Shown piece by piece: positions 44,747 to 57,112 of a stretch of 64,000 nt of DNA. Positions within the stretch are counted from its first letter, which is position 1. The number at the start of each line of letters is the position of its first letter. Made by a program: the position numbers and the translations under genes. The notes under the pieces are model-generated. The model saw only the letters and a program-made list of their open reading frames with translations, was not told where the DNA came from and made no database searches. Source of the stretch: Verrucomicrobiota bacterium (GTDB taxonomy: Bacteria; Verrucomicrobiota; Verrucomicrobiia; Limisphaerales; JBFMBT01); the NCBI GenBank assembly GCA_040754875.1, contig JBFMBT010000001.1, forward strand, positions 3,937-67,936, read 5' to 3'.

Positions 44747-44870
44747 TGGTCGAAGACCGGGAGCCGATGATCAACCGGTAACGGCGTCAGCCGCTGCTCT
44801 TCCGTGTGCTCCAGCGTCTCCCCATGGCCTTCCGGTCGTCCCCTTCCTCGAAAATCGTTCCTTGCGCATG

Positions 44871-44899
44871 TTGACATCACTGTCACACTTTGCTACATT
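44871..44899 (+). promoter_or_regulatory. strong sigma70-like promoter with extended -10
   Basis: TTGACA (44871-44876), 17 nt, then TGcTACATT (-10 at 44894-44899). About 400 nt upstream of glgP. Same architecture as 22637-22664. Confidence 0.45.
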
Positions 44900-45298
44900 A
44901 GCCCCATGCGCCAGGGAGCGCCACCGCTCCGCCCGGGCTGGCCCGCCGCCGTCCGGCAGCGCGCCCTCGCGCCCGCAAAGCGCGCACCCCGTTGGCCGCG
45001 CGCCACCCCATCCCGGCCGTCCACCCTCGGATTCAGCCGCGCTTATCGGGCGCTTCGGGCGGACCCGGGTCGTCTCACCTCGTCTCACCTCTGCCCGCTT
45101 ATGAGAAAAAAATAAAAAATTAAACCCGTTCGACCACCATGAACCCCGCTTATCACCGCCCCGCGGACGCCCCACGCCCTTCGCCTTCGCGTTTGTGGAA
45201 AAAATAAAAAAAATGTGCGCTCCAAACCTGGCCCACCTGGCCCCAAAACGCCGCATTGACTCTTTGGCCCGAAAAGCGGACGATGAGGCTGCAACCCT

Positions 45299-47796
<2,498 letters not shown>

Positions 47797-47797
<1 letters not shown>

Positions 47798-47952
47798 AAG
47801 CTTCAAGACTCGACTTCAAACTTTAGGGAAACCTCAATGACCAAGCTCCAAAAGCCTTGCGTGACCTTTGCACACTCGAAGCACCGCCGCATTCCGGGAG
47901 CTTGCGGGTTGAAGTTTCCTAGGAGTTTGCGTTTTGGAACTTGAAGTTTTGC
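47797..47952. repeat. long imperfect hairpin of GTTCAAAGTT-type words after glgP
   Basis: GAAGCTTCAAGACTCGACTTCAAACTTTAGGGAAACCTCAA (47797-47837) pairs with GGTTGAAGTTTCCTAGGAGTTTGCGTTTTGGAACTTGAAGTTTTGC (47907-47952). Confidence 0.6.
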
Positions 47953-48000
47953 ATCCTCCTTGAATTTCCCCCTCCCAGTGAGTATCTCCCTTGCACACCG

Positions 48001-51000
48001 ATGAACGCCAACGCGCCAATCCCGGAACGCGGGCAGTGCCTTGCCGGTGTACTTCACTCGCGCGCAGTGGCCGCGCTACCTAACGCCGGCGCGCTCGGGC
48101 TGGCTGTTACCCTCATTTTATTGCTGCTCGGTGGAACATCTCCAGCCGCGTCGCGCACACCGTGGACTACGTCGCGCGTCTTTGGTTCCCCCAATCCCCC
48201 CGCGCCGTATCGCATCGAGCCCGCCTACCCGAACCTGAAGTTCGCCAGCCCGGTCGATGCCGCAATGATGCCCGGCTCCGACCGCATGTTCGTGCTCGAA
48301 CAACGCGGCAAGCTGTACTCGTTCATCGCGCGGCCCGAGGTGGCGGAGACCAACCTGGTCTTCGATTTCAAGCAGCACCATCAGCCGTTCGACAGCTCGT
48401 ATGCCATCGCATTCCATCCGCGCTTCCCGGAAAACCGCTTCATCTACGTGTGCTACGTGGAGCCGGCCAATCGCGCGGAAGGCTCGTTCGTGTCGCGCTT
48501 CACGGTGAACGCGACCGAGCCGCCGACGATTGACCCGGCGAGCGAGCGCGTCATCATCCGCTGGCTTTCCGGCGGGCACAACGGCTGCACGCTCGCGTTC
48601 GGCAACGACGGTTTCCTGTATTTTTCCACGGGCGATGCCACGCATCCGGATCCGCCGGACCTTCCGCATAAGACCGGCCAGGACATCAGCGATTTGCTTT
48701 CCAGCGTGCTACGCATTGATGTGGATCGCACGGAGGGCACGAACAATTACGCCATCCCGCGGGACAATCCGTTCGTGAAAACACCCGGCGCGCGGCCCGA
48801 AGTGTACGCGTTTGGATTCCGCAATCCGTGGCGCATGAGTTTCGACCGCGCCACCGGCGACCTGTGGGTGGGCGACGTGGGCTGGGAACAATGGGAAATG
48901 GTTTATCGCGTGAAGCCCGGCGGCAATTACGGATGGTCCATCACCGAAGGGCCGAACACGCGCGTGCGCACGGATGTGAAACCCGGCCCCGGCCCCATCC
49001 TGCCGCCCATGGCATCCATCCCGCACAGCGACGGCGCGAGCATCACCGGCGGGTTCGTGTATCACGGGAGCAAGCTCCCGAAGTTGCGCGGCGCGTATGT
49101 TTATGGCGATTGGGAGACGGGCAAATTCTGGGCGCTGCGCCACAAGGGCGATGACCTGGTGGCGAACGATGAACTGTGCGACACGGCGCTCAAGCCGTCG
49201 TCGTTTGCCATCGACCGCGATGGTGAATTGCTCATCGTGGATTACAACGGCGGCTTTTACTCGCTCGTGCCAAACACCGCGCCACCGGCGAATCTCGCGT
49301 TCCCACGCCGCCTGAGCGAAACAGGCTTGTTCACCGACATCGCCACGCTGGCGCCCGCGCCGGGTGTGGTGTCCTACCGCATCAACGCCCCCGCATGGAA
49401 TGATGGCGCGACCGCAGAACGCGTGCTGGGAATCCCGGGCGAGGACGCGATTGCGACGGCGGGCGGGCGTCAGACCATTGCAGGGCGCATGTGGTATTTC
49501 CCCTCAAACACGGTGTTCGCGCGCACGCTCACGCTGGAGCTGGAGCGCGGCAATCCCGCTTCGCGCCGGCGCATCGAAACGCAACTGTTCCATTTCGACG
49601 GCCAGGCGTGGAGCGCCTACACGTTCCGCTGGAACACAGCGCAACGCGACGCGGACCTTGTCCCGGCGGAAGGCGCGAACGACATGTTCAACGTCAAGGA
49701 CGCTGGCGCGCCCGGTGGCCGCCGCGAGATCCCGTGGCGCTTCGTCAGCCGCGCGGAATGTTTCCGCTGCCACAACGCGTGGGCGGGCGAAACGCTGTCC
49801 TTCAACTGGCTCCAGTTGAACACGCCCGGCGAGCAACCGGAGTTTAAGCGCCTCGAAGACCTCGGCGTGTTGCAGGTGAAGAATCCTCCGAAAGCGATTC
49901 CGCGCCTGGCGAATCCTTACGACTCGTCGCACGCGCTGGCCGAACGCGCGCGCTCGTGGATTCACGTCAACTGCGGCACGTGCCACCGCAACGGCGCGGG
50001 CGGCGATGTGCCGGCATGGTTCAATTACGAGGTTGCCGTCGACAAGGCGCGCATCTACGACGCCCTGCCGGTGCGCGGCAGTTTTGGCATGGCCGGCGCG
50101 CGGGTGATTGCCTCGAGCGATCCTTATCGCTCCGCGCTGCTGTATCGCATCAGCACCGAAGGTGCGGGCCGCATGCCGCACATCGGCTCGCGCATCGCGG
50201 ACGAGGCAGGCATCCGCGTCGTGCGTGACTGGATTCGTTCGCTACCGCCCAAAGGCGAGGACGATGCCGAAGTCACCGCCGCGCGGAAGATGGCTGCGGA
50301 AAATGCGGAATTGCTCGCGCGCTGCCGCACGGACGCAAGCGCCGTTTCCAAACTGCTCTCCAACACGAGCGGCGCGCTCGCATTGCTGTGTGAAGCAACG
50401 GAGCCCGACGTCACCACCGATTTCCGCCAGCGCGTCGTGAAGGCCGCCACGGCGCAGACCAATTCGCTCGTACGCGAGTTGTTCGAGCGCCTCCTGCCGC
50501 CCGACCAACGCCGCCACACCCTCGGCAGCGACTTCAACCCGCAGGTGATTCTGTCGCTCAAAGGCGATGTCCGGCGCGGCCGCGTCATCTTCCATCAAGA
50601 GGGCGGTTCACAATGCGCGCGCTGCCATCGCGTCAACAACGAGGGTCCCGATTTCGGGCCCGATCTGACCGGCATCGCCGCAAAATACTCACGCGCCCAG
50701 GTGCTCGAACACATCCTTCAGCCCTCGAAAGCTATCGCGCCCGAACACCGCACCTTCAACGTGACCCTGGGCGACGACACAGAATTGACCGGCTTCATTT
50801 TGCAGCGCACGGCCAGCGAACTGGTGTTGCGCGATGAAACGTTGAAGGAACATCGCCTCAAGCTCGCGAACATCAAGGAATCACGTGAATCCGCGCTCTC
50901 CGCGATGCCCGAAGGTTTGCTCGCGCCCCTGACGGCACAGGAAGCCGCCGATTTGCTGGAGTTCCTTCTCTCCACCAAACCGCGCACACCAACTTCAAAA

Positions 51001-51015
51001 CGCGCCAACGAATGA
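48001..51015 (+). CDS. PQQ-dependent sugar dehydrogenase (sorbosone dehydrogenase-like beta-propeller) fused to heme c-binding domains
   Basis: [23 protein letters not shown] and NYGWSITEG are propeller motifs. Three CxxCH motifs are present: CFRCH, CGTCH, CARCH. Confidence 0.8.
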   Translation: MNANAPIPERGQCLAGVLHSRAVAALPNAGALGLAVTLILLLLGGTSPAASRTPWTTSRVFGSPNPPAPYRIEPAYPNLKFASPVDAAMMPGSDRMFVLEQRGKLYSFIARPEVAETNLVFDFKQHHQPFDSSYAIAFHPRFPENRFIYVCYVEPANRAEGSFVSRFTVNATEPPTIDPASERVIIRWLSGGHNGCTLAFGNDGFLYFSTGDATHPDPPDLPHKTGQDISDLLSSVLRIDVDRTEGTNNYAIPRDNPFVKTPGARPEVYAFGFRNPWRMSFDRATGDLWVGDVGWEQWEMVYRVKPGGNYGWSITEGPNTRVRTDVKPGPGPILPPMASIPHSDGASITGGFVYHGSKLPKLRGAYVYGDWETGKFWALRHKGDDLVANDELCDTALKPSSFAIDRDGELLIVDYNGGFYSLVPNTAPPANLAFPRRLSETGLFTDIATLAPAPGVVSYRINAPAWNDGATAERVLGIPGEDAIATAGGRQTIAGRMWYFPSNTVFARTLTLELERGNPASRRRIETQLFHFDGQAWSAYTFRWNTAQRDADLVPAEGANDMFNVKDAGAPGGRREIPWRFVSRAECFRCHNAWAGETLSFNWLQLNTPGEQPEFKRLEDLGVLQVKNPPKAIPRLANPYDSSHALAERARSWIHVNCGTCHRNGAGGDVPAWFNYEVAVDKARIYDALPVRGSFGMAGARVIASSDPYRSALLYRISTEGAGRMPHIGSRIADEAGIRVVRDWIRSLPPKGEDDAEVTAARKMAAENAELLARCRTDASAVSKLLSNTSGALALLCEATEPDVTTDFRQRVVKAATAQTNSLVRELFERLLPPDQRRHTLGSDFNPQVILSLKGDVRRGRVIFHQEGGSQCARCHRVNNEGPDFGPDLTGIAAKYSRAQVLEHILQPSKAIAPEHRTFNVTLGDDTELTGFILQRTASELVLRDETLKEHRLKLANIKESRESALSAMPEGLLAPLTAQEAADLLEFLLSTKPRTPTSKRANE

Positions 51016-51926
51016 AACTCGGCTTCGTCTCCGCCATTCTCCCGGAACTCAATCTCGACCAGGTGCTCGCCTTTGCCGCCGCCGAGCGCTTCGCGTGCGT
51101 CGAAGTCATGTGCTGGCCCGTCGGCAAGGCCGAGCGCAAGTTCGCCGGCATCACGCACATTGATGTCACCGACCTCACGAAGACGCAGGCCGAGGAAATC
51201 CTCGCGTTGAGCGCCCGGCACCGCGTCGGCCTGAGCGGACTCGGTTATTATCCCAATCCACTCGACCCCAATCCCGAAGTTGCGCGCGTCGCCGTGAATC
51301 ATCTCAAGCAAGTCATCGCCGCCGCGCCCAAGCTCGGCCTGAAGAACGTGAACACGTTCGTCGGGCGCGACTGGACCAAAAGCGTCGATGAAAACTGGCC
51401 GCGCTTCCTCAAGACCTGGAAGCCACTCATCGCCTTCGCCGAGGACCACGATGTTAAAATCGGCATCGAGAATTGCCCGATGCTTTTCACGCGCGACGAA
51501 TGGCCAGGCGGCAAGAACCTCGCCACCTCGCCCGTCATCTGGCGGCGCATGTTCAGCGACATTCCATCGAAGCATTTTGGCCTGAATTACGATCCCTCGC
51601 ATTTCGTGCTGCAACACATGGACCCGGCGAGTCCGTTGCGGGAATTCCAGGACAAACTGTTTCATTTCCACGCCAAGGACGTGAAACTGCGCCGCGACCG
51701 CCTCAATGAAGTGGGCGCCTTTGCGTTCCCCAACGAATGGCACACACCGCGCATCCCCGGCTACGGCGAGATGGATTGGACGAAGTTCATGGCCGCGCTG
51801 ATGGAGACGAGCTACCGCGGCCCCGTGTGCATCGAAGTCGAAGATCCTACGTTCGGCAAATCGCTGGAGGGCCGCCAGCAGGCCGTGCGGGTCGCCGGCA
51901 ATGTATTGCGGCCGTTCATTGGGTGA
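51012..51926 (+). CDS. sugar phosphate isomerase/epimerase (xylose isomerase-like TIM barrel)
   Basis: [36 protein letters not shown] ... KIGIENCP ... FHFHAKD. ATGA overlap with the preceding gene. Confidence 0.8.
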   Translation: MKLGFVSAILPELNLDQVLAFAAAERFACVEVMCWPVGKAERKFAGITHIDVTDLTKTQAEEILALSARHRVGLSGLGYYPNPLDPNPEVARVAVNHLKQVIAAAPKLGLKNVNTFVGRDWTKSVDENWPRFLKTWKPLIAFAEDHDVKIGIENCPMLFTRDEWPGGKNLATSPVIWRRMFSDIPSKHFGLNYDPSHFVLQHMDPASPLREFQDKLFHFHAKDVKLRRDRLNEVGAFAFPNEWHTPRIPGYGEMDWTKFMAALMETSYRGPVCIEVEDPTFGKSLEGRQQAVRVAGNVLRPFIG

Positions 51927-51945
51927 CAAAAGGCACCACAGCCGA

Positions 51946-53298
51946 TTATTTGGAAGGACCCGGCGTTGGATGCGGTTCCGCGTTCACGGAGGTGCGCCAG
52001 GCTTCAAGCTTGGCGGCGAGTTCCTTGGCTTTGTCGGGCATCTGCGCGGCGAGGTTGTTCTTTTCGCCGCCATCCTTCGCCAGGTGATATAATTCGCGCT
52101 CGCCCGTGTCGAAGAATTCGATGAGTTTCCAGTCCGCGTCGCGAATCGCGCTGGAAGAGCGGCCGCCGAGGAAATGCGGCTTGGGCAGCGGATAATGCCA
52201 GTAGAACGTGGTGCGCGACAGTTGCGTGCCGCCTTTGAGCAAAGGAACGAGACTCACGCCGTCGGACTTCATCTCGCCTTTCACACCGCCGACTTCACGG
52301 AGCGTGGGGAAAAAATCGTGCGTGGTGACAGGCACCTCGCAGGTCGAGCCTGCCTTGATCCACTTCGGCCAGCGCGCGAGCAGCGAGACGCGGAGGCCGC
52401 CTTCGTAGAGTTGCGATTTGCCGCCGCGCAACGGCGCCACGGACGTCACGCCCGCGCCCTTGGCGCGCGTGGCTTCGCCGCCGTTGTCGGCGGTGAACAC
52501 GATGAGCGTGTTGTCCAGCAGCTTCAATTCCTCGAGGGCCGCCACGATCTGGCCCACGCCTTCGTCGATGCTTTCCACCATCGCCGCCAGTTCAGGATTG
52601 TTGTGGTCGGTGGCCGCGCCGGGTTTGGCCTTGTATTTGGCGACCTTGTCGGGCTTGCCGACCAATCGCGTGTGGGGCGCGTAGTGCGACAGGTAAAGGA
52701 AGAACGGATGCTCGCGATGGCGGCGGATGAATTGCACGGCCTCGTGATTGAGGCGGTCGGTCAAATATTCCTTGCCCGGCAACACGGCTTCATCCGGCAT
52801 GTGCTTGTAGGGCGGGAAATAAAATCCAGGCCCGATGTAACTGGTCTCCGAGCAAATGACTTCATCCCAGCCGTGTTTCTGCGGTTCGCCGCGTTTGAGC
52901 GAGTAATCGCCGGTGAGGTGCCATTTGCCGATGAGGCCGCTGGTGTAGCCGGCCTGCTTGAGTTCCTGGTTCAACGTGCGCGTGCCGGGCTTGAGGAATT
53001 TCTCCTTCTCCTGCGGTCCGAGATAATCGGTGATGCGCAAGCGCGCGGGCCACTGGCCAGTCATCAAAGCGGCGCGCGTGGGCGAACAAACCGGCGCCGA
53101 CGCATACGCCTGCGTGAAGCGCATCCCTTCACGCGCGAGGCGGTCGAGGTGCGGCGTCTCGTTGAACGTGTTGCCGTAACAGCCGAGTTCGCGCCAGCCA
53201 AGGTCATCGGCGAGGATGAAGATGATGTTCGGCGGCGCGGCGGCGAAGGAAGCGAATCCACTCCACCAAAGCAAAGCCGCTGCCATCAACGCGCGCAT
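51946..53298 (-). CDS. sulfatase
   Basis: PPNIIFILADDLGWRELGCYG, PVCSPTRAALMTG. Confidence 0.9.
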   Translation of the reverse strand: MRALMAAALLWWSGFASFAAAPPNIIFILADDLGWRELGCYGNTFNETPHLDRLAREGMRFTQAYASAPVCSPTRAALMTGQWPARLRITDYLGPQEKEKFLKPGTRTLNQELKQAGYTSGLIGKWHLTGDYSLKRGEPQKHGWDEVICSETSYIGPGFYFPPYKHMPDEAVLPGKEYLTDRLNHEAVQFIRRHREHPFFLYLSHYAPHTRLVGKPDKVAKYKAKPGAATDHNNPELAAMVESIDEGVGQIVAALEELKLLDNTLIVFTADNGGEATRAKGAGVTSVAPLRGGKSQLYEGGLRVSLLARWPKWIKAGSTCEVPVTTHDFFPTLREVGGVKGEMKSDGVSLVPLLKGGTQLSRTTFYWHYPLPKPHFLGGRSSSAIRDADWKLIEFFDTGERELYHLAKDGGEKNNLAAQMPDKAKELAAKLEAWRTSVNAEPHPTPGPSK

Positions 53299-53299
53299 G

Positions 53300-53710
53300 T
53301 CAGCCTTGGCGCAGAGATTTCCACGGTTCCTCGCCGCTCATGTCCACGAGGAACGGCCCGGCCGGCGCGCCGGGCGAAAGGATGGCCAGAATCGTGGCCG
53401 TGCCTTTGCCGACGTTGAAGGTCGCGTGCACGATGTTCGCGGGGATGTGCGCGACTTCGCCGGGCTTCAACACCTGTTTCTCCCGCTCGACCCATTGCTC
53501 GACCTCGCCTTCGAGGACGTAGATGATTTCCTCGAGGTCGGGATGGCGATGGAAGTTGTGTCCCTGACCGGGCGGCAATGAAGCGCGGCACAATTGCAGC
53601 TTGTCCGCCGCCACAAGGTCGGGCCGGCAAAGCCAGGAATTGACGCGTCCTTCGAAACTTTCGGTGTTCGCCTCGCGGGCGGTGACGAAACGGCGGTTCG
53701 GCGATGCCAT
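53300..53710 (-). CDS. cupin domain protein
   Basis: GHNFHRHPDLEEIIYVLEGE ... GEVAHIPANIVHATFN (cupin motifs 1 and 2). Confidence 0.85.
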   Translation of the reverse strand: MASPNRRFVTAREANTESFEGRVNSWLCRPDLVAADKLQLCRASLPPGQGHNFHRHPDLEEIIYVLEGEVEQWVEREKQVLKPGEVAHIPANIVHATFNVGKGTATILAILSPGAPAGPFLVDMSGEEPWKSLRQG

Positions 53711-53716
53711 AACGCG

Positions 53717-54799
53717 TTACTTCTTGGCTTTCGCCTTTGCTTTTGTGGCGGGCTTTTTCGCGGCCTTCGCCGGCTTGGCGGCTTTCACCGGTTTGGCCGG
53801 TTTGGCCGCGGGCTTTGCGGGGGCGGCCTTGGCGGCCTTCTTCGCACCAACACTGGCAGCGACACCGGCGCCGCCGAGAAACGATTCCGCCGCGGGCACG
53901 ATGATTTGTTTGAAGCGCTTGGTGATGTCGATGAGCGATTGCTCGATGCCGATGCGTTCGAGGCTGGATGCGCCGACGAAGCCGACGCAATCCGTGTGGT
54001 CGTTGATATACGACGCATCCTCCGGCGAGCTGATGGGGCCGCCGTGCGAGAGGAAGAAGATGTCTTTGCGCACGCGCCGCGCGGCGTTGATGATCGCCTG
54101 GGTGCGCTGGATGGCCTCGGCCATGCTGACCACGGCGTTGGTCACGCCGATGCTGCCGCCGACGGTGGTGCCCACGTGCGCGATGATGGCATCCGCGCCC
54201 GCCTCGGCCATGGCCTTGGCTTCATCCGGTGTGGACACGTACACGATGCTGAACAAATCCATCTTGTGCGCGAGGGAAACCATTTCGAATTCCTTCTTCA
54301 CGCTCATGCCGGTTTCTTCGAGCACCTGGCGGAAGTGGCCATCGACGATGCAGTGCGTGGGGAAATTGTTCACGCCGCTGAAACCCATTTCCTTGACCTG
54401 AAGCAGCCAGTGCCACATGCGCCGGCGCGGGTCGGTGGCGTGCACGCCGCAAATCACCGGCACTTCCTCGACGACCGGCAGCACTTCGTACTGGCCGATT
54501 TCCATGGCCACGGCGTTGGCGTCGCCATAAGCCATCAGCCCGCACGTGGAACCGTGCCCGCTCATGCGGAAGCGTCCTGAGTTATAAATAATGATCAGGT
54601 CCGCGCCGCCCTTCTCGATGAATTTGGCGCTGATGCCGGTGCCGGCGCCCGCCGCAATGATGGGCTGGCCCTTCTTCAGCGTCTCACGAAGACGTTCGAC
54701 GACTTCCTTGCGGGTATAGGGATTACCTTTTCCTGTCCAGGGGTTGGGCATAAACAATTTTGTTTCTCTTTTGTTTGATTTCGCGGCTTGGGTCACCAT
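53717..54799 (-). CDS. TIM-barrel protein of the PEP-hydrolase-like / 'TIM-barrel signal transduction' family, with histone H1-like Lys/Ala/Pro tail
   Basis: IIAAGAGTGISAKFIEKGGADLIIIYNSGRFRMSG ... IAHVGTTVGGSIG. The C-terminal 45 aa are KKAAKAAPAKPAAKPAKPVKAAKPAKAAKKPATKAKAKAKK. An alternative start lies at 54751. Confidence 0.6.
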   Translation of the reverse strand: MVTQAAKSNKRETKLFMPNPWTGKGNPYTRKEVVERLRETLKKGQPIIAAGAGTGISAKFIEKGGADLIIIYNSGRFRMSGHGSTCGLMAYGDANAVAMEIGQYEVLPVVEEVPVICGVHATDPRRRMWHWLLQVKEMGFSGVNNFPTHCIVDGHFRQVLEETGMSVKKEFEMVSLAHKMDLFSIVYVSTPDEAKAMAEAGADAIIAHVGTTVGGSIGVTNAVVSMAEAIQRTQAIINAARRVRKDIFFLSHGGPISSPEDASYINDHTDCVGFVGASSLERIGIEQSLIDITKRFKQIIVPAAESFLGGAGVAASVGAKKAAKAAPAKPAAKPAKPVKAAKPAKAAKKPATKAKAKAKK

Positions 54800-54819
54800 G
54801 CTAATGGAAACTCGGGCAA

Positions 54820-55719
54820 ATGGGAATGGGCAAAATACACCATATTATATCAGAAACCCACATACTTGGCCCCAAAACCAGACAGCGGGTCGTGCGCGTC
54901 AATACCGATGACCCGCGCCCCTGGCTGGCCAAAGCCGCGTTGTGCCCCGCCTTGGGCCAGCATCAAATCGCCCACCTGGGCATCTGCGAAGCCATGGCGC
55001 CGTATCAGGTCGTGCGCACGCGCCAAAGCGGCACTTACTTCCTGGCGTGCTACGCCGGCGAGGGGCGCATCCTGGTGGATGGCCGGTGGCAGGTGTGCCG
55101 CGCCGGCACCGCCTGCCTGTTGCCGCCGCACATCCTCAACGCCTTCCACGCCGTGCCCGGTTCGCCCTGGAACTTCGCCTGGGTGCGTTACCAGCAGCCG
55201 CCCGAGCAACGGCCCATCGCGTCGTCCAGTTCGCCGATGCTGGCGCGCTTTGACGCCGAGCCGTTGCGCGCCGCCGTGCTGGGATTGTTCCACGAATGCA
55301 GCCATTCAGCGGACGCCACGGCGGTCCATCATTGGGTGGAACTGGTCCACACGTATGTGTTGCGTTTCGCGCAACCCGTGCGCATGGAGGATCGCCTTTG
55401 GAAATTGTGGGAGAAGGTCGCCGCGAACTTGAGCGACGAGTGGACGCTGGAAAAACTCGCCGCCGAGGCGCATGTGAGCGCCGAGCATTTGCGCCGGCTG
55501 TGCCGCCGGCAGATTGGCCGCAGCCCCATGCACCAGGTGATTTATCTGCGCATCCGGCGCGCCGCGGAATTGCTGGCCGCGACGGATGCCAAGATTGAAA
55601 CCATCGCCAGCGAAGTCGGTTACCAGAACCCGTTCGTCTTCTCGACGACGTTCAAGAAATGGATCGGCCTGCGTCCCTCGGATTACCGGGCGAAGCGGGG
55701 TGGGGGAAGTGTTCAGTAA
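54820..55719 (+). CDS. AraC family transcriptional regulator
   Basis: C-terminal HVSAEHLRRLCRRQIGRSPMHQVIYLRIRRAAELL...IETIASEVGYQNPFVFSTTFKKWIGLRPSDYR (two HTH units). Divergent from the TIM-barrel gene. Confidence 0.9.
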   Translation: MGMGKIHHIISETHILGPKTRQRVVRVNTDDPRPWLAKAALCPALGQHQIAHLGICEAMAPYQVVRTRQSGTYFLACYAGEGRILVDGRWQVCRAGTACLLPPHILNAFHAVPGSPWNFAWVRYQQPPEQRPIASSSSPMLARFDAEPLRAAVLGLFHECSHSADATAVHHWVELVHTYVLRFAQPVRMEDRLWKLWEKVAANLSDEWTLEKLAAEAHVSAEHLRRLCRRQIGRSPMHQVIYLRIRRAAELLAATDAKIETIASEVGYQNPFVFSTTFKKWIGLRPSDYRAKRGGGSVQ

Positions 55720-55726
55720 ACAGTAT

Positions 55727-56053
55727 TCAGGGTCGTTCACGCAGCCGTCGTGACAGATCTCTCGCGCCATGCATGATCCGCTCTGCGGTCAATTCTGATT
55801 CCGTGTAACGATAGAAGATCAGGTGAACGTTGAACGGTGGTTGGATTCGGAATGAGCGCAGACCACTCAGGTCAAGATGTCGAAACTTTCTTTCCCGTCC
55901 CAGCCCAGGCTGGCGTAATAGTTCATTCAGCGTGGTAATTACTGAGGCGTAATAACGTTCCGCGACGGCTTCTCCAGCTTCGTGAAGGTACCACCGATAC
56001 TGGCGGTCGAAGTCAACGGCAAAATCCTCCGAGCGACGCAATGTCAGCATCAT
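55727..56053 (-). CDS. RelE/ParE family toxin
   Basis: 108 aa. FAVDFDRQYRWY ... LRSFRIQPPFNVHLIFYRYTESELTAERIMHGARDL follows the ParE-type pattern. 4-nt overlap with the upstream antitoxin. Confidence 0.7.
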   Translation of the reverse strand: MMLTLRRSEDFAVDFDRQYRWYLHEAGEAVAERYYASVITTLNELLRQPGLGRERKFRHLDLSGLRSFRIQPPFNVHLIFYRYTESELTAERIMHGARDLSRRLRERP

Positions 56054-56283
56054 GACTTGCGCTGCATCCGATGTTCCTGCAAGGCCCGGTCGGCGATTTT
56101 ACGGAGCTCGCCTTCTGAAAATGGCACATGCGGCCCGTTCACGGCTTTCAGCAACTCCGCTTCCAATTCCGGGCTATCCACTTCCGGATCGAGGTGTGAC
56201 TCATGCAGCCACCGCTCCAAATCGGCACGTTCGGCTGGCGAAAGGGCATCGATGGCTGCTTTGATTTCCTGCACCGTGCTCAT
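56050..56283 (-). CDS. putative addiction-module antitoxin component
   Basis: 77 aa. IKAAIDALSPAERADLERWL is typical of small ParE-partner antitoxins. Confidence 0.55.
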   Translation of the reverse strand: MSTVQEIKAAIDALSPAERADLERWLHESHLDPEVDSPELEAELLKAVNGPHVPFSEGELRKIADRALQEHRMQRKS

Positions 56284-56327
56284 AACTCAAATACTAACTC
56301 CAACCCTGCGCGCACACAAGCACGCCC

Positions 56328-56945
56328 CTACTTCACATCCACGCCGCCCGTCTGCAATTCGCGCAGGGCCTTCTCCTCGTCGCCCGCATTCAAATTCACC
56401 GCGCGGCAGCCGGCCTTGATGACGTGCGTTTTGAAACCCGCCTTCTTGCAATCCAGCGCCGTGTATTTCACCGTGTAATCCGTCGCCAGGCCCACGATGT
56501 AAACTTCCTCGACCTTTTCCCCCTTCAAATACGCCTCCAAACCGGTCGCGCGCCCGTAGCCGTTGTCGTAAAGCCCGCTGTAACTGTCGATCTCCGGGCT
56601 GACGCCCTTCTCGAACACCTTGGCAAATTTCTTCGTCTCCAGCCCGGGCACAAATTCCGCGCCCTTGGTCCCCTGCACGCAATGGTCCGGCCAGAGCGTC
56701 TGGTTGCAGTTTTCCAGTTCCACGCGGTCGCCCACACGATGCCCGGGATGGCGTGACGCAAAACTGACGTGGTTCTTCGGGTGCCAGTCCTTGGTGGCCA
56801 CCACGAGGTCGTATTCCTGGATGAGTTTGTTGATGACCGGGACGACTTCATCGCCCTTGGGCACGGCCAGCGCGCCGCCCGGCACGAAATCGTTTTGCAC
56901 GTCCACCACGATCAACGCCTTCTTTTTCTTAAAAAATCCTAGCAT
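56328..56945 (-). CDS. pncA: nicotinamidase/pyrazinamidase-like isochorismatase-family protein with Thr in place of the nucleophilic Cys
   Basis: ALIVVDVQNDFVPGGALAV, ATKDWHPKNHVSFAS (metal site), WPDHCVQGTKGAE and FEKGVSPEIDSYS all match PncA. The nucleophile segment reads GLATDYTVKYT instead of the GLATDYCVKFT-type. Confidence 0.75.
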   Translation of the reverse strand: MLGFFKKKKALIVVDVQNDFVPGGALAVPKGDEVVPVINKLIQEYDLVVATKDWHPKNHVSFASRHPGHRVGDRVELENCNQTLWPDHCVQGTKGAEFVPGLETKKFAKVFEKGVSPEIDSYSGLYDNGYGRATGLEAYLKGEKVEEVYIVGLATDYTVKYTALDCKKAGFKTHVIKAGCRAVNLNAGDEEKALRELQTGGVDVK

Positions 56946-56970
56946 AGCAACTCGGGGATATTGAAAGCAG

Positions 56971-57001
56971 CCGGGGAGAAAAGAAAAGAACTTTTCCCCG
57001 G
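56971..57001 (-). terminator. stem-loop downstream of the pseudopilin operon
   Basis: CCGGGGA...TCCCCGG arms (56971-57001), extended by AAAAG/CTTTT pairing. Lies 112 nt past the stop of the 57113 gene. The T-tail is weak. Confidence 0.35.
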
Positions 57002-57112
57002 AAAACGCATCGTGCCGGCGGTGAAGTGCGCCACGCGGTCATCCTATCCGCACACGAAAACGGCTGGCGCACCGGGTCGTGCGCCAGCCCGCCAGCCCCA
57101 CTGTGTTCGCGG

